Shown piece by piece: positions 36,901 to 48,820 of a stretch of 64,000 bases of DNA. The stretch comes from Amphiscolops sp. MND2022 (lineage: Eukaryota), in assembly GCA_964187785.1 (NCBI GenBank), contig OZ076421.1, positions 11,718,001 to 11,782,000 on the forward strand, read 5' to 3'. The notes beneath the pieces are model-generated. The model saw only the letters and a program-made list of their open reading frames with translations, did no database searches and had not been told where the DNA came from. The translations under genes were made by a program, and so were the position numbers. How positions within the stretch are numbered: the first letter of the stretch is position 1; every line of letters starts with the position of its first letter.

Positions 36901-38030
36901 TCAGTCTGAGCTATTCTGTAGCAGCTAACACCTGGTATCTCTTTGCATTGTAGCTACACACCGGTTACTTTCATGTTTATAATACCTTCATCCACTGCTT
37001 CAATTTGATTAAAAGATTGATTGGGCTGCAGTTTGACGAGAGCGTGCTCTTCTTTGCCTGCAGCATACTTTCGAAGATAACGTTCAGCCATTTTTTTGTC
37101 AATTCTCAAAACGTTGGAGCTAGACCTGGTGAGAGCAAAAAGTTTAGCAGAAGTGGGGCTGTAATGTTCTCCTCTGGATGCGGCATATTCGTGTTTCCCA
37201 GACTGCATTTCCTCCTTTACTTTCTTTCCAAACTTGAAATTGTTGTCATCTGTAGCTAAACCAATTTCTTGCATAACTTTGAACGCAACATCGGAATGGT
37301 CACTTTGAAAAGTCTCATACCAGTTGCAATGACTTTGAGGTTGAGGAGGAAACCTACAGTTTTCATTCCCATTTCGAACTCTAATGCAATGGTTTTTACC
37401 TTTTTGGCAACTATGTGTTAAAATTTTTTCACAGTGTGTCATTATTTCAAAAACTTCCTGTAAGCTGTTAATCAATCCGAAGGAGCATTGGAATATGTTG
37501 TAAAACTCTTGAGCAAAAACTTTTTCAGAACATTGAATTATTTGCTCCAAGTCATCAACATTGTCAATCCTTAGAAGAATTTGATAGTGTGGATAATTTC
37601 CTTCAGAAGTCTGAAACTCGGCACGGCCCCAAATTTTGAGGATGCGATCCAAAATGTTTTCGTAGCTTTTTTGCAAATAATTCAGAAAAAGTTCCATGAA
37701 GTGTTCCCAAATTCGAAGACCAATTACCATGCAAGATTGAACAGCTGCTTTTTTGATTTCATCTTCTGCACACGCAAATGTTGTTTCCACAGCACAGTAC
37801 AATTGAGACAAACCAGGTGTTTGTTTGAAATTCGCGGTTATTGTGACAAAGGCATGCGGCGTTTCAGTGGCCATTGCAGCGGCAAGTTGATTGACATTCA
37901 CACGAGTGTCCGCTTTGTCGAACTTCATGTTCGATATTTCATTAGCGAACTGCGTTGTTAGCGGTGTCAAAACTCTGATTGAGTCTAATGTGAGTTGAAA
38001 TGAAACATTGCCACGATTTTTAAAAGGCAC
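33930..38030 (-). pseudogene. Helitron-like transposase: HUH Rep + linker + PIF1 helicase + C-terminal GIY-YIG-like nuclease, three in-frame stops
   Basis: Rep motifs FVTITAN, RAEFQ..GNYPHYQILL, YLRKY. Helicase motifs GPPGSGKT, LLVEEI, GDRCQLPSV. GIY-YIG-like GFVYLLIS..FYVGQT..R. The four ORFs share one frame, separated by single stops at 36954, 35769 and 34485. Confidence 0.88.
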
Positions 38031-38886
38031 AATTGGTAAGGCACAGTGTGCACTGGAACCCTGTTTGTTTTTAAAAATGTGTTGCTTTTAAAAGCCCCGT
38101 GTTGCTTCGAAGCCATGTCAAAGAATGCTAGAATGTCATATACGCTGCGAGGTGTCGAGCCTCTTAAAATATCGGGTGTTTGGATGGTAATATTTTAATT
38201 TTAATTTATCTGGTATTTTTTATCTGGTATCTACAGTGAAGAAATAGGCATCACACTGTACCAGAAAAGACTTTCAAAGCAGCATTGCCCGATCAACGGA
38301 AGCCTTGAACAAATAAGGTTTCAGAAGGTGGTCTTCCAAAAATTTTTAATTTACTATTTGGATAAGTGTCACGTTGTTTTGTGACATGCGTCGGAACAAA
38401 CGACGCTCATACCCTAAAGGCCTGCCATAACTCATGAATTGAGCGGCGTAAGGCGAAGATTTATCTCAAAGACTGAATTACAGTGGATCCCGGTTATAGT
38501 GAACCTCTGAGGACCGCTCACCGCTGTTCACTATATCCGGGATTCACTGTATGCGGGCTGAGCTCAATACTAGCAAGCAAATAATCGGGACCGCGCTATG
38601 CGTTCACTACAAGCAGGATCCTACTATAACCGGGATCCACTGATATGATTTGATGTTTTGCACCCGATGTTGATGGGTGAACTTGATCAAGTGAATTATT
38701 CAGAAACAAATTATTTAGACAACGATTCGATCAAATAAAGGTGTGAAACACAATTATCAAACATAGTTACATAAGAGAAAGTTTCCAAAGTTTGTTGTAT
38801 AATGGAAAGTTCCTCAGATTCGCTGTTGAAAATGTCAATGACATTACTAGGCCCAATGAGATCTTTTTGTATCGGCTGGAATTACC
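37958..38886 (-). repeat. Direct repeat copy 2 (5' end of the Helitron-like element)
   Basis: Near-identical to 29032-29967; overlaps the start of the Rep ORF. Confidence 0.95.
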
Positions 38887-39556
38887 CAGTTCAACCTCGG
38901 ACCCACTAAGGTAATCTCAGCAGACGCTAAAATCTTTCTCCATGAGTGGCTTAAATCATTACGCTGAATGTTCAGAATCGTAGGACATCCCTGTGCAAAC
39001 AATTCATAACTTAGTATAGTAGTAATGGGGAGTTTTTCGAAGCGCCCGAAATTACCAAAACGTATGAACGAGATTGAGTCTCGTTTTTGAATGCCGCATT
39101 CTCAGGGGTTGAAAAACAGTAATAGGACAGGATTGTTGAAATATTTAACATGCTGTTAACACAAGCTGTTTCAACGCTATTATAATATTTTGATGGTGTT
39201 TTCAGTTTTCACCGTCTGAGTTTTCTCGTATTGTAAAAGTTCAGACTGTTGTACGAACTCGGCAAATGAGGTTTTTACTTCTATTCAAGCTGATAGAACC
39301 TTTTGGTGATAAGTTCAGGGGGTGCCAACATCACCATAATAGCTCTTGAAAGATAAAGTTGCAAAGATACTGTAAGCTAAAACAAGAACTTCAATAACGA
39401 ATTTATTCAAAATTTCATTCTCGTCTACTTTGAATAGTTTAGTCCGAGAAAGTTGGCATGTAATTACATCTTTTGTACATTCCCAAACGATAGTACTGTT
39501 AGAATAAATTACTAGAATAAATTGTAATTTACGCTTCTACAATTATTTTTTTGCAG

Positions 39557-39683
39557 GAAGTTAGTGAAGAACATAATTTGGAGCCAACTGAACTGAGAAG
39601 CAGCTTCGTCCATGAATCAGATCAACTCTACATTGAAGACGAGACACAATCTCTGGCTCTATGTGGAAAGATCGACACACAAA
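39557..39683 (+). CDS. POLD2: POLD2 coding exon 3
   Basis: EVSEEHNLEP...DQLYIEDETQ matches EVSEEHNL.P...DEL.LEDE.Q. It is absent from the ORF track. The donor A|GTTGGA is weak but phase-consistent. Confidence 0.85.
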
Positions 39684-40357
39684 GTTGGATAGCCAAACAC
39701 CTAAGAGCCAAACACAAACAATTATGAGTAGTAATGAAAAATACATTTCCAATGCTTACCTAATTATGAGCTAAACTGGAATTGAATTCACTGGTTCTGG
39801 AAAACTACAACTGGAATGGAGAACTAATTTTTTTTCTAGTTTTTAGATTTGACTCATGAAACAAAGTGTCAAATTTTTCGACAGTTCAACGCATGTTGAG
39901 TCCAATTTTTCTAGCTTTTGGCCTCAATTTAACAGCAAAAGAATAGACTTTATAGCATTTTATAGCACCTAAAACGGAAAGTGCCGAATGAGCAAAAAAT
40001 CACATTTGCTAGTTTCGAACGTTTTTTCTCAAGTTAAGAACGTTGTTCGCATATGTTCAGTGGCTACACTCGAACTTTTTTGAAGTTTGTTATTGCTAAA
40101 GTAAAAGAAGCAAGACGCTTTTTATTAATTAAAATGTGGGGTAAAGCGGAACTAAATGATTTTGCTTTAGTCAACTGCTAAACTTCATTGCCATATGCAT
40201 GAACGAAATCGTGACAACGGTTGAACAAGCGAAACATGTGAAAACTTTCCTTTGAAGCACGGATTAATGTTACTGCGTGCATCAATGAAATTAGGGGTGC
40301 AACTTCAATTCGTCGAACATTCAAATCGTCGAAAAATGCCAAGCTATTCAATGCGTC

Positions 40358-40707
40358 GAAAGAATTCCCTACCAGCGATTATTTTCATTTGGTTATATTT
40401 TGTGACGAATAACATATTTGTTGCATGGCTCGGTCGCTTCGCTCCCTTCGCATGTAGTTCAAAACAGCAGAATTCAAAATACTAACTTTTAGTGCCGTTA
40501 CAGGCAATATGTATGATACTTGATTTGAATAGGTTAGCATATTTGTTGTATAGTTCGGTCGCTTCGCTCCCTTCGCCAAGTAGCAACATTGAGGCATGGC
40601 CATATGGCACGTCGCTCCGCTTCGCTTCGCTCCTGCATTTAGGGGTATGTAAACATATATGACTACGTTATCGTAATTTTGAATGCTCGAATTTGATTGG
40701 CCGAAAT
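40358..40707. repeat. Interspersed non-autonomous repeat with CGCTTCGCT motifs (other copies at 41684-41908 and 47811-48033)
   Basis: Three clearly homologous copies in the window; a Helentron/DINE-like identity is only an inference. Confidence 0.8.
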
Positions 40708-41163
40708 GAGTTCATTCCATTACGTCATACCAGGGTCGCTAAATTAATACGTGTTCGACGAATTGAACAGTCCCCGAATTTAGGAAAACATAGAAATTTC
40801 AGAATCAGCTAGCATGGAATAATCTTGAATTGACCTTGTTCAAAGGTGAAAACGTTCAAACAACGGAAGTGGTAACGCGGTGAAAAAGAATTCACGTTGA
40901 CTAAATCAGTTCTTGGATAAGTTTTTCAAGCCCTATTGAATTATGTTCACGTTTTGGTGCCATTCGGCACTCCAAAGTGAAATAGTTCACTCATGCTTCC
41001 AAGACTAATTCAAGAATTACTACTTAAGTGAACGCGTGAATAGAACGTGTCGGGCAATGTGAAAAGTGTAACTGGGAAGTTCTAGCATTGAATTGAACAT
41101 TGCTCATTTGTGTTTGGCTCAAGATTTGTGCAACGGTAAGTCATTTCACTTCTTTGAATAATA

Positions 41164-42025
41164 CACTGGTGAGCATAAATATGCGCTTGAAGCAAAATTT
41201 TGAAAAGGCTAAAACAGGAAGCTGAAAAACTAAACTTTTCACGCCACCACGAAGATTTTGAATTCAATTCAAAGACTTTATCACGTTTTAAAGTTGCAGT
41301 CACGAAAAATCGTCAGTTTTTCGTGTGGAAAAAGAAGCGAAATGATCGGTGCAATTAAGTTTGGTGCAACTTTTGACCAAGTTTCTGCCAAATACGGATG
41401 TCAAAAACGAACAGTTAAGCTTATTAATTCCATGCCAAGGCGAATTATGCAGTGTATCCGAAAAAGAGGTGGACCGACCAGCTATAAGACTCAGTTTGTC
41501 GACATTATTGTGTTTTATTATACTTAAATCTGTTATTTGATATTTAAGCGCATATTTTTGGTGCCGTTGTAAGTTCGCCATATTTAAGTTCGCCACGTAT
41601 AAGTTAGCCCGTAAAACTTAGCCACGTTTAAGTTAGCCACCATATAAGATCGCCACGTTTATTTTCGCCACATTTCAGCTAATGAAAGAATTCCATATCA
41701 GCGATTATTTTCATTTGGTTATATTTAGTGGCGATTAGCATACTTGTTGTATGGCTCGGTCGCTTCGCGCTCCCTTCGCCAAGTAGCAACATTGAGGCAT
41801 GGCCATATGGCACGTCGCTTCGCTCCTGCATTTAGGGCACTAGGGTATGTGAACATATCTGACTACGTTATCGTAATTTTGAATGCTCGAGTTTGATTGG
41901 CCGAAAATGTGGCGAACTTGTATGTGGCGAACATATATGGTGGCTAAATTAAATATGGCTAAGATTTACGGGCTAACTTATATGTGGCGAACTTAAACGG
42001 ACACGCATATTTTTGCTCAGCAGTA
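41164..42025 (+). mobile_element. Internally deleted Tc1/mariner element containing nested insertions
   Basis: TIR cactggtgagcataaatatgcgctt matches the right end aagcgcatatttttg/ctcagcagta; TA flanks. Transposase remnants: HTH-like N-terminus and KLINSMPRRIMQCIRKRGGPTSY. Confidence 0.8.
41561..42004. mobile_element. MULE/foldback MITE with AAGTTCGCCAC subrepeats and 11-bp TSD
   Basis: Inverted arms gtgccgtt / aacggacac; gcatatttttg duplicated at 41550-41560 and 42005-42015. Confidence 0.85.
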
Positions 42026-42169
42026 TAATCATTTTTGATGAGTTTCATTTCATTCTTCGGATAATCATGTCAACAAGTGAATTTTTCCTGGAGTCCTGAT
42101 GAGCTCCCGAAAGTAGAATGTTGGATCCATGGATTTTATTTCCATTTTTGTGGGCGCTTTTTTAATGAA

Positions 42170-42624
42170 AAGAGTCGACTATAGTCATGGTTTTTCGTCA
42201 GTGTTTTTTTGATACAACTGAAGTGACCAAAATAGTTCTACCAAAAGTTCGACAAAATTTTAAGAAGACCCCAAATTGTACCTGTTGGCCAAAGGAACTG
42301 AAGCGAAAAGAAAAGGTTTTTCCTTTTTTTCCCGCGTAACATACAATTCCGGACGAGACTAAAGGGCTCCCTCTTTCAGTTTTTTTTGGCATTGGGAGAC
42401 TTTTTCCAAAAAATCTCCCTAAGGGTCCCCCTTCAATTTTTTTTGAGTTTGGCCACAGAATGGATGTTGAAAAATCCCAAAGGGTCCCCTTTCAGTTTTT
42501 TTCGGCACTGTGAGACTTCAAAAAATTTTGGGTACTGTAGAAGAGAATACTTTGACACTTTTAATTCCTGTTGCTATTTTTGACCCTTAGATATGGCGGC
42601 GACTTCGGCCGGTCCCGGCTTGTT
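42170..42624 (-). repeat. Interspersed repeat (inverted copy at 63364-63690; partial relatives near 49000-49290 and 62060-62230)
   Basis: Shared ends aacaagccgggaccggcc and catgactatagtcg, with recognisable internal homology. Confidence 0.8.
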
Positions 42625-45339
42625 CACCCTGCCATGTCTTGTTGGCACTCGGTGCTTTCGGCGGGAAAGCGACCTACCAACTGCTACAGTAACAACTTTT
42701 TCTCGCCATCGATCGCATACCCTCTAAGACTATTAGCATCATCTAAAAACATACAAAGCTTCCATTCGAGGACATTACATTTTCTACTTGAATTACAAAC
42801 TACGTTAGACTTAGGTTTCCCTTCCATTCAGGTTTTTTTCGACACCCTGAAGTGAAAACATCGACGCTGGCATCCAGCTGTTGTTAAAATGGAAAGTTCA
42901 GAAGAGCATGTATTCGTTTTAACTTTACTGAAGGTGAAAGCTGACTCTCGATAAAGAGCATGACGTGCAACGGGCTCAATTGTCAACAAACTATCAAACT
43001 CAAGTAGTTTGCTGAAAAAGTATTCAAGCATTTAGAAATAGCAAATGAGCCATACTATTATTTAACTTTTTCACATGAGTCAATTAAAATAGAAACGAAA
43101 CAATCACGATAACTTCCAGCATGATGCGGAGCTGACTAGATATGATTATGGCAGGTAGTGACAAAGTATCAAATGCAAAAATCACTGAACTTTCGTTTTA
43201 TCGGCTAACAGCGTAATCGCCCATTCAAATACTCTGGTTGCTGGCTAGAGTGTTGTTGATAGTCACGGCAGAATTTGCGCAGTTCCTTTTCAAGTCTCCA
43301 CCCATTCGAATAACAATATTTTTTCAAAATATCCCAGGTGCGAAGGTTAAGTGCTATTTCTTTTTCTCTGTAATCCCAGAGCACTGCATCTGTATCGACA
43401 AAATTTGCAATTTCCTTTCCTGCACATGGCAAGAACTTTTTCGCAGTCATTAGAATCTTTCAGTGTCTCAACTTTCAAGGCATCTGAATTTCTGGTCGGG
43501 TGACGTGAAAAGTGCGGATCGACCATTGCATCGATGTTTTCGCATTCACCTCTGTCGCCAAACAATACTGGCGATATGTCCGAAATGCGTTGGGTTGGGG
43601 TCAAGGCTTACTTTCGACATGTCCCTGCTGTTAAACATGAAAGGAGGCTTCACAAACTCGTCATTGAGTTCTCGGTCAACTGCAGCAACTCGGGTGTCTT
43701 CGACTAGTTTTAGACCAACAGACCCACGTATAGATTTAAGCTTTTAGAGAAAGCGACCCTGAAAACGTTTCGAAAAAGTGCTACTCCTAGCAAAATTGAA
43801 ACCAGCTTTGGCATTTCGTGAATATTAGGTACCTTGCGCTTTGATGAACAATTAAGTCAGGTTAAAAAAGCCATAACAAACGAAGCAACTCAAATTTTTA
43901 TACTCAAGGCAACGCATAACAACAGCTCAATAAACGATTGTAATAATGAAAGTAATCAGAAAGAAGTCTGTCACATAATTGTCTGCACCGGAAAATGATC
44001 TTAATTTCTGAATCAAAAAGTTGACAAACGACGCAGTAAACGCATTGTGAAGGTAAAATAAACCTATTGTGTATTATATCAGTTAAAACATACCCAGAGT
44101 TTCGTAGTTCTTGTTGCGTGAGAATGAGAACTTCAGAAATGAACCAGAATAGACGACAAACCTCATCGAAGCAACAGGAACGGCAAGGAAAGGGAGAGCG
44201 ATTCGGGAAGGCTAGATCTAAAGAAGAGGAGACAATTCGTTCGATTATATGTATTTTTAATCAGACTACTTCAATCAAACGATAGACAACTCTGAAAGTA
44301 TCAATATCAGACATGTAAGTTGAATGATCAGCTGTCGATAATCACTCTAAAATTGGTCGAAGACCATAACCTATATGACGGATCCACAATCTGAAATGAA
44401 TGAAACAGTAGCGAAACCAATATAAATTCAGTCGTTGACTTTTCCAACACTTTGATGTTTTCAGACATCACGTTTGGCAATCAGCTGTGAGAACGCTCAA
44501 TGTAAACATGATAGAGGCACGAAGCTGTCAATTGTAATTATATTGATATTCGACACCAACATGGTTGTCCCAATTAAGCGGAGCAAGCTCTAGCAAATGT
44601 TCAACAAATCGATTGGGCATAAAAAGCAGGGAAGAATAGTCTAACAACGGAACTATATTGCATCCGAAATGAAATACAAGACGAAATCAAAACTAACCAC
44701 AATATCAACTTACAAGCAGCATCCATGCGCACCCAATACGTGATGAGCATGGCCATTCGAGCAGTGACTAATTTATGAGATTCAATTGAAACTAATTTCT
44801 GAGTGTCAATGCCAATTGCCAATAGAGGTTATCTGAAAATTTCAATAAGGTATCTGAAAAATATTGCTATTAGATCAGTTTCAAAGGACATTTTTGGCAA
44901 TCTTAACGGGCACTGGAAAACTAATTAGGAGTCGGAAAAAATTTCGACTACTTATGCAATCGTGTTTTTTTTCTCCCGACCTTTCATGAAATTTTCAAAT
45001 TTCTCAAAAACTGTCCATACGATTTTTATGAAACCATTGCATCCAATTGCCAGAAGTGTTCTCGTTTTTCTTCACCCGAATCTCTGTCTACAAAATCTGT
45101 TTATCGTTGAAATATCTTTCAGCAAATAGATTTAAATGGTTCATGGAACCAGTAAACCTTGAGGTGAGCGCGTTATGGACAGACTCGAAAACAAAGCCAT
45201 GAGGGCCCTAGATTCCGCACTTGCCAAGTCAAGTGTCCCAGACAATGCAAATTAAACGTATGTTGGTTGCCATTGCATTCTGCCTTGGAAACAACAAAGT
45301 TCAATAATTGATCACACTCTTCCAAATGAGTGTCTGTTT

Positions 45340-45500
45340 CGAGTAGGGAGTGAATAGCGAACGATAAGCTTATGCGAATTGCGTCCGTCTGGCAGACAGG
45401 AGGTGGTGGGTTCGAACCCGGGCAAGAACCTACAATTTTTGTGGCGGAAAATATCCCGGCGTTTAGCGGGCGTCTTGTCTGAAAAACAGTAGTCTTCAGG
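45340..45500 (+). mobile_element. tRNA-derived SINE-like element
   Basis: B-box ggttcgaaccc with a degenerate tRNA-like head; no complete cloverleaf. Confidence 0.5.
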
Positions 45501-45516
45501 GTGTTTGTTTTCACAG

Positions 45517-45693
45517 GAATGGTTGTTGGACTCATTGGCAGCGAGAATGCACAGGGAGAGTTCGAAGTGGACCAGGTGTTTTACCCCCACGTTGAGGAAC
45601 CCCAACCCCCCGTCGCCTCGCCCTCTTCAAATGACGACCAGTTCGTCATGTTTGTGTCGGGTCTCAATGTGGGTGCATCTTACGAATACCAGG
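45517..45693 (+). CDS. POLD2: POLD2 coding exon 4
   Basis: MVVGLIGSENAQGEFEVDQVFYP...FVMFVSGL matches V.A..G.....GKF.V.D...A...FV..VSGL. Confidence 0.88.
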
Positions 45694-46257
45694 GTAAATA
45701 CATTTTCATTATAAATTTCAAATTCATACCTTTCAAGTCCAGTTTGAATGTGATGCAAAAAAGCGAAGACAAATATTTTTTAGTTCAATGAGTATCACTG
45801 TTTTGAAAAGATTGAGACGGATTGAAAAAAGTAGCATTCAAGTGAACAGTGGCGATCGATGAGATCTTTTAGTTAGTCTTCTTTAACATCTGCTGGTCAT
45901 TTAAAAAAATTATTCAGTGAAGAGTTGGATCTCACTTCCTATGAATCTGAGAACGAAAGAATACAAATGGAAACATGACATCAAACAATATTTTCTTCAA
46001 CTTTATTAAGGATGTCCTATATTTAATTAGAAAAAACTTTCTGGCGTGATTTCTAACTCCGATGAAAACAAAATTATAATCGTATTTTAGGCATTATTTG
46101 CGTGTGCTATTTTGTTCTTATAATCTAAATTACGCTTACTCCACAAGTAAGCTCCACAAGTTCGTTTTGAGTGTAATAATTTAGCGTCATTTCTTCTCTT
46201 AAATCGGGTTTTTTCTACTTGCTTTCAAAAGGGACCCCCTTTCTTCAAAACTCATTT

Positions 46258-47160
46258 TCGTCACATATTCAAAATGTATCATACTCAAACAGGGTTCGCA
46301 TGTTTAAAACATGCCGTGTTTTAAACGCGTTTTAAACATGTTTTAAACAAAGTTTTAAACTGACGAAAACCTTCATTTTGTTCAATTGTTTTTATTTCAG
46401 TAATGGATCTTTTCAAGTTCCTAAAATCGCAAGTAATCTTGGGTAATTTGGCGGAAAACATCAAGAAAATTGCCGATACGATTCTGGTTTTCATTAGAAG
46501 TTCGACAGGCTGGTAACCAGTTTTCAGCACCCTGGGCTTCGTCCACAATTAAACACGGAATCGACTCAATTGAGAAAGCCAACGAACTTGCGTTCTGTCT
46601 TCTGCAGCATGCGTGAACAATTTTTAGGTCGTTTAGTGTTAGACATTTTTTTCCGAACCCTGCTGCATTTACAGTTTGGTTAAGTCAGATGGCATTCTGA
46701 AGAATTTTTCAAACTTTATTACGCACTATCTCAAAAACCAATGGTCAGAAGACAAATTTCCCATAATCAAATTTGTACCTTGACACTGTTCTTCAACTTT
46801 CATTTTCATCTCTTTCTTTCATTTCAACTCTGAAGATGCTTCGTTGAAAAAAGAACGGCCAAAAATATCTGCAATTCCGCTGAAACAATATTTTACGAAG
46901 TTTTTATTTTTTACGTCACATATTCAAAATGTATCATACTCAAACAGGGTTCGCATGTTTAAAACATGCCGTGTTTTAAACGCGTTTTAAACATGTTTTA
47001 AACAAAGTTTTAAACTGACGAAAACCTACATTTTGTTCAATTGTTTTTATTTCAGTAATGGATATTTTGAAATTCCTAAAATTCGGCATGCTTGGAACCA
47101 TTTTTTCATCAGCCCACGACGAAACGCGAAATCGACTATCAATTGAGAAAACCAACAAAC
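46258..47160. repeat. Local duplication (~250-300 bp at 46258 and 46914) rich in GTTTAAAC/GTTTTAAAC palindromes
   Basis: Near-identical ~120-bp starts 656 bp apart, diverging afterwards. Confidence 0.85.
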
Positions 47161-47403
47161 TTGCTTTCTCTATTCGCTTATGGTAGTAAACTCAGTCCTT
47201 AGGTAGTTTAGTGTTAGAAGTATTTGTGATACATCTAGAGTTCTGAACACGTTTTTAACAAAAATTCAATGTTTTAAGCAATTTTTCAAAATTTCAAGAT
47301 TTTTTCCCGAACCCTGTACTCAAACCTACCATAAGATAAAAAGTTCTTGTCTTCCATTCTTTTCTTTCGTGTCTCAGTCTTGGATGTCTTGTTTCTGTTC
47401 CAG

Positions 47404-47479
47404 TGTATCTGGATCTACTGGCTGCTTTCGTATCCGGAGACTGTGGACCCTTGGAAGATTTAGCCAGCAAAATTACCAG
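47404..47479 (+). CDS. POLD2: POLD2 coding exon 5
   Basis: LDLLAAFVSGDCG...ITR matches LL.D...G.LG...V.R; phase 1 in, phase 2 out. Confidence 0.8.
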
Positions 47480-47697
47480 GTTACTCCTACTCCTACGTTT
47501 TTGTTTGATTTTGTCTTTGTGTTTGAAGCATCAATGTTTTGGGATGATCAATGATTTCATCTATTTTTTGGGAAATTCATTCGCAGACATCTCGGAAAAA
47601 AGACTTTTCGTTTCCGAACTTTCAATTTTATTCAACCTTTGGTACAAAATCTATTTAAGGTCCTAGCTTTTTCGCTGTGGACCGCAAATGGTTAATT

Positions 47698-48564
47698 CGG
47701 TACTCCTGACTAAGTGTGGTCCCTACGAAATTTTTGCAGCCGGCCTGAAAACACCTGACTTCGTGTGGTCCCTAGCAAATTTAGAAGAGCCAACGTAAAG
47801 CAAACATTACATGTAGTTCAAAACAGCAGAATTCAAAATACTAACTTTTAGTGCCGTTACAGGCAATATGTATGATACTTGATTTGAATAGGTTAGCATA
47901 TTTGTTGTATAGTTCGGTCGCTTCGCTCCCTTCGCCAAGTAGCAACATTGAGGAATGACCATATGGCACGTCGCTCCGCTTCGCTCCTGCATTTAGGGCA
48001 CTAGGGGTATGTGAACATAGCTGACTACGTTATTGTTTCTGCGATAGCAGGAATATTATTAACACCTCAATATGTCAACTTTTTTCAGTAAAATTCTTGG
48101 TATGATACTGAATAATTAAGATTATTTGTTCGGCAGTGACGATAAGCTTGAGAATTAAATTTCTCAAGCTGCCGACGACAATTCAATTCATTGAGATGAA
48201 GCAAGGAATGTTCGTAATTATGCTTTCGCACGCCGAGTTATTGAGATGAAGCGAACGAGCGTTAATTATTCGTTTGCCGAGAGCTTCGCCTGCATTCAAA
48301 TGCGAATGCGAAACTTCGTCTACGCCTAATAGTTATATTTGCTTTAGTCCGAGATTTAAAGGCGGTATAAACTGGTACAGTGATTACTTGTGCGCTAAAT
48401 AATGATTAAACAGGAGAGTATTGGTATTCCAGATATGATTCGAATATTAATGATAGATTAAAGCAGAAATAGTGTGCCCCGGAGGGGCCTATTTTAATAA
48501 TTATTCCGACAAAATATGCAGGGACCACACATATTATAGGGACCACACATAGCAAGGAGTACCG
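47698..48564. mobile_element. MITE with TIRs, containing a nested repeat insertion
   Basis: cggtactcct...gtgtggtccct versus agggaccacac...aggagtaccg; ttaatt on both flanks. Confidence 0.75.
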
Positions 48565-48759
48565 TTAATTCAATTTATATCGATGACAAATAAGTACCAA
48601 ATAAATTTCATCATACTACAGGATTGTTATAAGTTGATTAGCGACTAGACAGCATCTATGGATGTTTCATCAGTTTTGGTACTGAATTTTTTTGGGACTG
48701 GAATATCTTATCGATTGAGTATGTTTAATGTGACCTCGAAATGTAATGTTATGTTTCAG

Positions 48760-48820
48760 AGTGGTCGTTTGTGGAAACAGTTTAGATGACAAATGTGTCG
48801 ACAAAGCTCTTCACTCGCAG
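48760..48820 (+). CDS. POLD2: POLD2 coding exon 6 (GC donor)
   Basis: RVVVCGNSL matches RVI.AGN. The donor CAG|GCAAGT is needed for phase 0 into exon 7. Confidence 0.82.

Noticed and set aside
43205-43750. Minus-strand coding-like fragments
   Set aside because: Frames are broken and no family motif could be recognised.
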